This document shows, piece by piece, positions 26,243-36,463 of a DNA stretch of 64,000 nt (position 1 is its first letter; each line of letters opens with the position of its first letter). The stretch spans positions 682,001 to 746,000 of the forward strand of contig JAQGDQ010000029.1 in NCBI GenBank assembly GCA_030141605.1, given 5' to 3'. The position numbers and the translations under genes are program-made. This stretch comes from Tubiluchus corallicola (lineage: Eukaryota; Animalia; Priapulida). A model generated the notes under the pieces. It was not told the DNA's origin. It searched no databases and saw only the letters and a program-made list of their open reading frames with translations.

Positions 26243-29200
26243 GTAGGGAATGTTCATTAAATCACTCCAGTTATGTTAATTAGTGGAAAAACATAGTTAC
26301 TAGATTTCTGAAGAACCAATCCAATTCCCGAAACAATTATCCAAAGCTGAAACTATACTTATATCTTTACAATTCGACGTTTCATGGAGTCTACAGTCTG
26401 TACTACAGTTATATCTGAACTTGTGCCTCAGCTTGTTACCTTCACCCTCTTAATAGTTCCAGCAGCATATTGTCAATCTAGTTGGATCTGATTTGGGGTC
26501 AGCCATCCAGTTCCTTGGTCATCGAAGGTCAGTTGCCGTATTAAGATTTTTTTATCGCTACTTCTGGGGAAAGTGCTCTCAGAGCATCTCATAACTCGTG
26601 CCGATATACAGTTCGTTCGTAGTATACTTGCTTTTAAATGTTGCTTCACATTGACTTACCCCGAACACTCCTCGATATAGAACAACTGCTTATAAATCCA
26701 GTTTTTCCATCTGTGGAATTCTGTACCAGAAAATTGTTTCCCTGAAAACTACTATCTCAATTCAAGACGAATATCAGGAGATACCTTCTGTCAGAATCCC
26801 CTTCTTTAGATATGTATTTCCTATCTTCAACTTCCTGTTGATTTGTATGAAAAAACAAAATTATGCCCAGAAAGGGAGGAAATAGATTGATGTGTCACCA
26901 CCACTTATTTGTACCAAAATTCGCTACTGCTGTTTATTTACTTATTATTAAGTACATTTATAAAGTATACAATATTTTGTAAAAGATGAGACTGGCAGGC
27001 TATGTTAGCTCTTAGGCCAGCCTATTAATCTAATCTGAGTCTTGATCTTAATCTTAATCTTAATCTGTATTGTGAACTGGCAAATTAAAATCTAGTCTGT
27101 TGCTACCACTAGCTAGAAGTTTCTCCTAAATGTCTTCATGATTTCTAATAATATGCCACTTTTATAAGTCAGTATTCAACACCTGCTAATTACATGCAAT
27201 TTGGTTACAAATTAGTCAGTTTGCCAACAGAGAACATTATCCTCTGCTGCAGGTAAAAGCTGTGCTATATAATTTAAGTTCTACCTGTCAAAGTGTTAGG
27301 TATTAAGTAGGTGATCTAAATGCGCTGCATGTGTTTAACACATCTCTATTAACACCTTCCCTAATTTAGTCGCATGTTGCCTATTATTAACTTGTCTAGT
27401 GGAATCTTATATTCAACACGCCTGTAACAAATGTTCTTTTAAAGGCCCGTGGCAAAACAGCTTTAGCATAAATGGCAATTTTAATTGCTAGTAACTGTTA
27501 CATGTAGGTAAAAACCATATTGCATCTCTGATAATGACTTCTAGCCTTACACATTCTCCAATCACCTGCTTCGAAACGGCAGAAAAATAAAAAATTATTA
27601 ATCCGTTAAAAAACACTAGTTTCGGAATACACTCATGATGCACTATTAAAATACAGTAATAGAAAAGGGAAGTCGCTCTGCTGATCAAGAAATGTCTGGC
27701 CTTACGAGTAAACATGGCATAATTTTATATGGAATGTCTTTAAATTTCTTTGAAAGAGGATGTCGTCAAGTAGCCACCTTATCAGCTAGTTCCTTTGTCC
27801 TCCGACAGGTCCATAATAACCACCTGACGTACAATTATGAATATGCATGCGCACTGCAATTTACCTGGTCTCGGGACGTTACCTACTCGCAAGTTTCCGT
27901 CTCCTCATTTTAAATCTCATTATCTACCTGACGCACCTGTCTGGCCGGTCTGAAAGTAGGACGCGGACATCGCTTAGCCGCTGACTTGTTTGTTTCGTGA
28001 GCACCGGCAGTGGGAGGACCAGGGAGATTGCTTATTATCTTCACCCACAATGGCGCAACTGTTTCCTCCGGTGGGAGGACGGGTCAGTAGCCAAGTATAA
28101 TAATAGTGGACAGTGGGCTGTCGGTTCTCCGGAGACATTGTAGTAAAGCTGTCATACTTGTCAAACGCAATAAAATCTACGCATTAATTGATCAGTACGC
28201 TCATAATAAGAGTTTATCCAGTTTTTTGTTTATGGAGCGTTATGATATGAGTCATTTCCCAAATCCTAATTGTTGGGGCAAACCTTAAAAGATAGATGTA
28301 TAGATAAATAAATTGTTTGCCAGTAAGATACATGTAATAACAAACAATTGAATATAAAATGTACACTCTGATAAGCAATGTGGCAACATAGCAGACAGTC
28401 ACTTATGATAATAGCAGACTGTTAATTGGGTGAAGGGCTCGAAAGCTAGGCTCCTCCCTTCTCCCTACAACATTCATTGCTTTTCTAAATGTAAATGACT
28501 TCTTGTGATGTACTGTGTTCTGAAAGTAAGTGATGTGTTGTGAAGATAAATTACCTATTAACTAATTTGTAATAACGTCATTCTAATCTACTGGAACATT
28601 ATTATTATTATAATTAAAAAGAAACTCAAGCTCGTTGATTCGGTGTACAATTACAAATGCTTTCATTATGTACAACATTCTTTTCTTATCTTCGTAACTG
28701 TGTTCATAACAACGCAAGACCAACCATTAACGTGTGAACACTGATATGATGTTGTACCATCCCAATTTTCCCCAAAGCACATTCTAGAAAACATAGCTGA
28801 AATTCCCCCTCCCGCTTGAGCAGTCAGGTTTAAAACCGGCTAGAGAGGTGAATGTTTTTCCTTGACTCAGTAACCGTCCTTCTCCGCCTGTACAACCTGT
28901 TCCCAAGTGATATCCTGATTGCCCACCTGGTTGCTTAATAGTCAGATAATGTTGCATCTGTTACAGTCTTTAAACTGTTTATAGGTAAGAAGTTCGTGTA
29001 AGAACACGCAAAACAGATGAATAAAACATGACAGGAAACTGTCAAATATTACAACAAATTTCTTTAGTAAAAATACTGTAGTTATCTTTGATTTTGTTAC
29101 TTTAAAGTTGTAGTACGTAGAACCTAGTGCATAGTATGTAGTACATAGTCGCAAGGATAACAGTTCAATTAAAGATTATGTCAGGATTAATTGAGACTCA

Positions 29201-30107
29201 CATAATTAAGGATTATAGCAGTACTTGTGAGTGCATACATGAGTGTATTGGGAAGTAATGAAAAAAAGTGCCCAAAGTAATTATGCGTGGAAATTATAAA
29301 CAAAATATCTGTTGCTCGTATTTTTACCCACATACTATTTTGTTGAATTTTTACGAGGCAGTATAAGTTTAACTAAGTCGTTCTACTAGTTTTGCTACTT
29401 TTTCATCCACAGCTCTGTTCATACAAGCAAACACACAGTGTGTTAGTTGGTATTTCATCCACGATTTCCAAGAAATATTTGATGTATTTCTCAGATATAA
29501 CATTAAAATTATAAACTTGGTTTTACCTTTTTTCTAGGTCGCTCAAGCCCAGGCAGCGCTGGTGTTAAGCAATACTAGAGTTGCCACAAGAGCTGCAAGC
29601 CTGCCCATGGTTCCTAGACAGAGCACTCGCACACAAGGGCATGGTGGAGGTACCACAAAGTCTTCTCCACAGAAACGTAGCTCTCCTAGTACACCCACTA
29701 AGCCTGCACCAATAGCAAAGCGCCCTCGTGTGGAATCAGCTGCAGCCAGTCCAGGCTACGACGGCTCCTCCCCGAGTAGTGGCAGCTCGCGGCCATCATC
29801 GAGATCCGGTTCAGACAGCGAGGAAGGTCTGGATGGTAAAAAGGTCAACCACAATGACTTGGAGCGAAAGAGACGCAATGAGTTGAAGTCCAGCTTCATG
29901 CGTCTTCGTGACAATGTGCCGGAACTTCAGACTCAGGACAGGACGCCAAAAGTTACAATCTTGCGGAAAGGTGCACAGTACATAAGTGAACTGGACAGAC
30001 TTTGTAAGTCATTGGAAGCAGAAAAGCAGAAATGCTTGGCATACCAACAAGAACTGAAAAAGAAACTGGACAGTTTGAAAAAACGGCCTAGAGGCTGTTC
30101 ACGTTAA
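26022..30107 (+). CDS. myc: Myc transcription factor, 3' part (exons 26022-26242 and 29538-30107, ~263 aa); N-terminal exon(s) not found in window
   Basis: Myc box IIIb EEEIDVVTVE, NLS-like PIAKRPRVE, and bHLH-ZIP HNDLERKRRNELKSSFMRLRDNVPEL...PKVTILRKGAQYISEL...LKKKLDSL; the two exons join in frame via a phase-0 GT-AG intron. Confidence 0.95.
26400..26800 (+). mobile_element. Decayed non-LTR retrotransposon (CR1/L2/Jockey-group LINE) ORF2 3' end inside Myc intron
   Basis: Frameshifted translation YYSYI*..A / IVNLVGSDLGSAIQFLGHRRSVAVLRFFYRYFWGKCS / RTTAYKSSF / LWNSVPENCFPENYYLNS / FKTNIRRYL matches the typical post-RT C-terminus (LQPLSHRR..LFYRY..CS...LWNSLP..FP..Y.L..FK). Confidence 0.75.
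27027..27066. repeat. (TCTTAA)n-like hexamer repeat, possibly a retroelement tail
   Basis: aatctaatctgagtcttgatcttaatcttaatcttaatct. Confidence 0.75.
29538..30107 (+). CDS. myc: Myc terminal coding exon (bHLH-ZIP)
   Basis: Acceptor cttttttctAG at 29536-37, in frame with ORF 29562-30107, TAA at 30105-30107. Confidence 0.96.
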   Translation, partial: VAQAQAALVLSNTRVATRAASLPMVPRQSTRTQGHGGGTTKSSPQKRSSPSTPTKPAPIAKRPRVESAAASPGYDGSSPSSGSSRPSSRSGSDSEEGLDGKKVNHNDLERKRRNELKSSFMRLRDNVPELQTQDRTPKVTILRKGAQYISELDRLCKSLEAEKQKCLAYQQELKKKLDSLKKRPRGCSR

Positions 30108-33100
30108 GTAAATTAGGCTAATAAACTATATCATATGTACCACCTCATCAAACATTGGTCCTATTCAGCATTCATTGGATGACCGACAAGATGAGTCGTC
30201 CAACTAGTTACTTTAAAAACCTCCTTTTGAAAGTTTTGCTCCATCAGATGACTGATATGATTATGTATTTTCCTTAGAAATTTGTATTCTGTACATAGTT
30301 GTATTCTGTGCATACATGATAATCAGTAATTGTTGCTCTTTGTGCCGAGTTTGGTTATTTAGTGTTGAGTAATTGCAGTGTGTATATGTAATTGTTATAA
30401 TACTTAACTTTGTAGCTCCTATTATTTGAGGCAATGTGTTTACTTTAATGAGGTATTATTATTGTTTTATATATGGATATATGTATAGTTATATATTTTC
30501 TGATGTGCAAGTTAGCACCACGGCACACTTAAGTCTGTATGACCAATTTGTACGAATTTTGGTATTTTGAGAATGTTGAGACGTAATTAGGCAGGTCGAG
30601 TGTTGTGTTACACGCCTGTGTTCATTTTATACAAATTTTTTTTCACATTGCTTTTCCTTGTTTTATTGAATGGCCAGCAATTAGTTTTCAATTTTTTTCA
30701 AATAGTGAAGTCATTTTTGTCATAAAAGAATAAATCTAACTGTTCTTAAGGTTACTAATTGATCTGTTAATTCAACTTAATTGGCGTGTATTGAGTTAAT
30801 TTAAAAAAAATGTATATCAAGGCAACTAATTTTCTTAAACCAAATTTTAAAAATCATTTTTGTCATGTTTATGTTATCATTCCTATGTGACAAAATTTTC
30901 TTTTGTAGTGTAAGATTTTTTAAACTTGTTTTAATGTTGGCCTTTTTCTGAAGTTAACAAACTTTGCTATTGTTTTAATGTTAGCCTTTCTCTGAAGTTA
31001 ACAAACTTTGCTAAATGAAATGAATGACTGTCAAAACTCTGAACACCAGTTGCAAAATTTGACAGTACTCCAAGTAGGCTTTTTGTTTTAGTAATACTTT
31101 GAACTTGCTTAATTATAAAATTAAGGTTGAGTAGTATGTTTGTAATGTGTATTTGTCTTTGAACTCATTGGAAGCAGTTCTACAACTTGCTAAAATGTTC
31201 TCTTTTGTGTCTGCTGAAAAATCATGATCACTTCGTTAATTTTTTTGCGTGTAATAATCAGCTCGGACAAGGCCACCCTTATGTTGTCATAATATAGTAA
31301 TTTGTTGTTTGTTTATGTGAGCCTTGAATAGTGTATCTTAAGACTAAAAAGTAGGTCGTATATTCTGCACCCAAATCCTTTTTGAACAGAGAAAATCGTT
31401 TGTTTATATGAAAAAGCTTGAGAAAAGTTGATTTTTTATCTATTACTAGTTTATTTTAAAATTTATGTAGATAAGTTCTTAATGTATTTTGCACTACTTC
31501 AGTCAAATTAAGTTCCAGACTCCAGTTTCCATAGTGAGTATTTGTGCATTTTATAAGATGGTCACTGACTAAAGTTATGTTTACTTCTGAATTTTGTTAA
31601 GTTTTTTTGAGGTTGTTTGCTTGTGCTGACACCTGCTCACGTAATTTGATAAGAAAGATCATTACGATTCAGGTCTGGTCAGATAGGACAGTCTTCAAGG
31701 TTGAACTGTCTTCTCATATGTAAGCTGAGTTTGTAGTATATTAAAATTTGTTAATTTTCAAATGTGTTTTAAGGTATATTGTTTTACAATAGTCCCACAT
31801 TTTTAAAATGTAGGCGATATCATTAGCCTTCATACAAAATACAGATTTATAAGATTTGACAATTTTCAGGCGAACTACTGAAACACGTTTTGCAAAAGTC
31901 AACCCATTAGACATTCTGGTTTATTGTTAAAATATGAACGTACTTGTAGTTGTTAACAACTTTTGTGCTAGAATAATGACGGATAGTTGTAAGTCCACAT
32001 ACTTGTTTGGTTTTGTACTTTTACTATTTGAGAATTTACCATGTTTAGTAGATTTATTGTAAAGGCGTTCCTATAAAGAATAAATTAATTAGTTAATTAT
32101 AATCTTATTTCAAATTAAATGTAAATTCTCACTATAAAGAAGTGAAAAACACGATGTTTCAGTCCATCGCTGTGAACTATTTTCAGATAAAGTGAAAAAT
32201 AAGTGCACAAAAAATCTATTTTCGATTTTTAACACACAACTATGACTGAACACAGGCTGAGTTTAGTTCATTATTGTAGCATTTTACATTTATCCTCCCA
32301 GTTATTGACACTGAAGACTATATCTTAATAAATTAACAATTTGATGGACCTGCAATTCTTAATCTTGTTTAACCAAACTGGACCGGAACATGTGAAATTA
32401 AAAATTCAGCCTCGATTCAAATCATACTTCTTGTTAGCCAAAGTCCATCCTCTACTTACTATGTAGCCTTCTGGCCTAAAATATAAAACTTGTAATTAAA
32501 GATCCTTTGTTCAAATCCACCCTCAACTTCAGATTTTTCAATTTTATTTGATTTCAGTCAGCTTTGGTTGCAAAAGTTTAATAATTGTGGATTTATTTCA
32601 TTGTTAAAAAAGATACTGAAAAATTTTAGTAAGATGCTTTTTCTCATCTAAATGGCAAAGATGTAAAAATATGCAATAATTTTTTGCTTATAGTTAAACT
32701 TGTGGTATTTAAGTTGTGTAATGAAAAGTTGAGCATTCACATCACATGTTTGTACAACCTTGACATTACAATTTCTGGCAAGTGAGGTGATGTACTAAAG
32801 TAAGTACGTCTTTGCACTGATAATTGTCTTTTTTTTTGTTAAGACTAAGTGTATATTCCATCTCTGTAAAGATCCATACGTATGTTTAGTTGTTTTTGTA
32901 CCTGTAACAACGTGTAGAGGAATGGAGTAGAACGAACCGTCTTCTCTTCCATTCTTTGGTGATAATGACTACCACTTTTTAAACTGGAAAGTTTTCTAGT
33001 ACTGATAATTGATACTTTTTTAATTTGAATGCTGTAGCTACATTGATTTGTTTTTTTTACCAAAATACCTCCAGCTAGCATTGGCAAGGACTATTATAAA

Positions 33101-33200
33101 ACATGTGTTTATAGATTTTCTTAATTTTATATGTTGTTAATTTGTCTTGTACTTTATTTCTGCTTCTAAACGATTAATAATACATTAAAAGAGTTAGTCT
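30108..33200 (+). other. myc: Putative long U-rich Myc 3'UTR
   Basis: T-rich tract after the stop; AATAAA at 30120, 30729 and 32079; ATTAAA at 33184 followed by a GT/T-rich element; the true end is unknown. Confidence 0.4.
30926..31013. repeat. Two-copy tandem duplication, 44-bp unit, in putative Myc 3'UTR
   Basis: TTGTTTTAATGTT.GCCTTT.TCTGAAGTTAACAAACTTTGCTA twice. Confidence 0.93.
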
Positions 33201-36200
33201 AATACTAGTTTGTTTGACTTTTAGTTGTCTTATCTAGTTCTGCTGCATTGTGCAACGGTAAAGTTCGCCAGCAAGTTCATAGCAATAAATAATAACCGCC
33301 AATCTATTATTATCTTAGTGAAAGTGTAAGAGAATTAACTCTAACGTTATGAATGTTCAGAATTGAAGAGGCACAGACTAGAGGATTTACTTCACTAATA
33401 GGTGATAAACATACGCTACCAGCTTTAAATTCCCATTACACATGAAATCATACATGTTACAGCAATGCAACAGCATGGAGCATGGAAGTTGCATGAGATG
33501 ATATGTACTCGCCAACCAATAAGAGTACAAAAAATTGCATTAGTGACATTAAGCCATGGCTATTATTAAACGCACAATGAATTTACCAAGATATTATTGG
33601 GTTGTAATAGCTAGAACTAATTGAGAAAAAGAGCAGCTTCTATGAGCATTGGGATTCCTATTTAGTAGACGAATATTATAATTTAAACGCACAAAATCTA
33701 AATCAGAAAAGACATAGTATTGAGAACCATTTCATTGAAGCAGCTGTTGCGCTTCGTAATTGCAATAAATTCATTTATTCAAATGCAGCATTGCCACGTG
33801 CATTTGTGCAGCTTTTATACTTTAGTTCTCAGAAGATGAAGAATTGTTAGGGCAGTGTCCCATTTTGGGTCCACTCTGCCTTTCGACGGCCATATTGATA
33901 TACATAGTGACACAAATGATCTCGATGCAAATCTTTTTTGTTATTGATACGTAACGTAATATTTTAAATCATAAGCAAGAAAAGCATGGATGCTTATGAA
34001 TAGCCGCATAAATTTGCAATTTTTGTTGTAATTCCGTCACTTGCGTTAATTCCGTTCCGGTGTGACTCCCTCATTCAGTCCACTCTACTTTTCATTTTCT
34101 GTTAATTCCTAGGTTATCTGCAACTTTTACCTGTCGCTATACACCGTTTAACGTAATCCCCATTCAGCTTGCATGCTAAAATTGTTATTGCCTCGACCAA
34201 ACTTATCAATCGATTTAGAAGCTGTTGCGAATCACTGAATTGCTGGCCTACTTTTCATTGAAGTTTTTCCCGCCAAATCGACTGCTTCGCTTCAAAGTGG
34301 CTAAGCGCCATTCAGAGAGGCGTGAGCGATGCATTATTTATGCCGTCGGCATGAAAAAGCTAGCGATCTTATTAAGTGGTTAATTATTCAGCCTTGCAAA
34401 GTGACAATTTAAAGACAACTAGCAATAATAAACTAGCCTAGCAAAGGCTCGTAAAACATTTTGCGCATATTCGAGAATGTTTTCTGCAACGAGAAATAAA
34501 ACGAGTGTTCAATTGTAGGATTTTTTATTTATTATTACTATTCCTGTCACTAAGAATTAATTGTTGTTATCAGATTTGATAAAGTTTATGAAGTGATCAT
34601 GGTTCGTACAGGATGTATGAAAAATAAAAAAGACACCATGATAGCGTATGCATTAAAAATTAGGCACAGTAAGCCCGCTATGCGCCAGAGTGACTCCTGC
34701 CTCATACGAAACAAAATCTGTGTGCAACACTGTCAACAGACACATTTTTGCTCGTGTGTAAGTTTGATCAAGTTTAACGTTGTTTTACGAATTTTGCTGT
34801 ACGCGGATTTTTATTAACATGCTAAATATTCTTGCTCAAACACACTCATCCTGCTCCCATGTGCGCGGTCGGTGTCATCATCATATAGGGTGCCCGTTAC
34901 GTCTATTTTATATATTAGGCAAGCAGAATTCTAAAAATAAAAGAATGTCCTCAAAACAGGTAAAAACAGCAGTAATCAAGCAAAAAGCTACTCATTTATT
35001 TCAGTGGCTTGTCAGAACTATTTCCGCTAGAGCGCTCAGCATAACAGTTTTTGTCAGTTTGAAACATGCAAAACCGAGACAGACCAATACAATAAAAGGA
35101 ATCGTTTTGTCACGCGTCATCTTATAAATCTTTGCTGTGCCTGCGGGTTGCTTCATAAAAAAAGTTGCCTGTGCGGCCCAAATTCTGCCTGAGACGATAT
35201 GCGTCACACAGTTTACTATCGAATACGTATTTTTATCCTGTGTTACTAGTGTCACTAAAAAGCTTTAATGGCATTACGTCTGCTTAACACCAGGAAGACA
35301 CATTTTAACACGCAGGCACAATTTTTGGCAAGACTTAAAAATTTAATTGCTTCTAGACATATTTAAATTATTTTTCTATTATTGAGTCTGTTTTACTCTT
35401 CAAAAAATGTCTAGCTAAAATAATCATTTTCCACGACTTAGTGTATAACAGTGATTAAAGATTATTTACTGCAACTGCTCTTTATTTTTGTCCAAGGTTA
35501 AAGCACGTGTTGTAACATGCACGAGGATGTATTTTTTCCTTCTTGAGCAATACCTCCACCACCTGTATCTGAACTCCTAACCCAGCTACATGTAAGCTGC
35601 ACAAAAATTTCCAAGGCAAATAAAGTTTTCAGGTATCCAGCTGAAAGATTGATTCACACTGATATGCCCATTTATTGTAGAGCCTTTTACTCAAGCTGCT
35701 CTAACTGGTTGGAATGCCTACCAAAAAAGCTTGGAGTAGTCAGTAAAGGAATTAACCTGGTGTTTTAGCTGAGTTTGTGACAAGGAGAAGAAACTTTCCT
35801 GGAATGTTTATACTGTTGTGACTGATGTTCTAGATCACAAGTAAAACTGACTGGCTGACTGCTCGACTTCAGTTCCTTGTTTTGCTCTGACGACGGCCTA
35901 TTAGTCGATAATTCAGCCACGAACCCTGTGCGTTTACGTTTTTAAGCTTTAATAAACATATTATAACGAATCGTTTCAAATCACACTATAATATATGGTG
36001 TTATATAATGCAGATTCACTCTACATATTATGGTGTTATTTTTAACAAAATGTAATCAAGTTAATTATAATTTTATATCGTGATAGTCGGTGATTTATTA
36101 GTAAATTTTTGAAAACTAAGTTGCAGTAGAGGTACGCAGTGACTATTAGGCACAATCTAATTTCAGTCATAAAACTAATACGTCAACATAAATTAAATAC

Positions 36201-36268
36201 TAATATACTATTAACTAGTTTCAAGTGTCTTCGTATCTGTGAGTAGAGCTTTTTGCAATGGGTCACAG

Positions 36269-36463
36269 ATGGCAGCACTGTGCAAGAACAAACAGAAAGC
36301 TGATTCGAGAATCAAGATGGCAGCTTCCACTGTTTATAACGCAAAACAGAAAATTCCTCTGGTTTTGGTTATTTTAGGAAGCACAGGCACGGGAAAATCA
36401 AAACTTGGTTTACAGCTAGCTAGACTATTTAAAGGAGAAGTGATAAGCGCAGATTCTATGCAG
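36269..36463 (+). CDS. TRIT1: TRIT1 exon 1 (ATG at 36269 or 36317)
   Basis: [38 protein letters not shown] then GTGACT donor at 36464. Confidence 0.93.

Noticed and set aside
31027-31066. 9-bp inverted repeat ACTGTCAAA/TTTGACAGT in the Myc 3'UTR
   Set aside because: Short stem with a 22-nt loop in AT-rich DNA; plausible by chance
32150-32190. Minus-strand CTGAAAA-stem-GAAA, Penelope/hammerhead-like
   Set aside because: The catalytic core G of CUGANGA is mutated and stems I/III are not evident; at best a dead relic
35885-35912. CTGACGA-stem-GATA hammerhead-like motif
   Set aside because: GAAA core altered, stem only 3 bp, no flanking helices found
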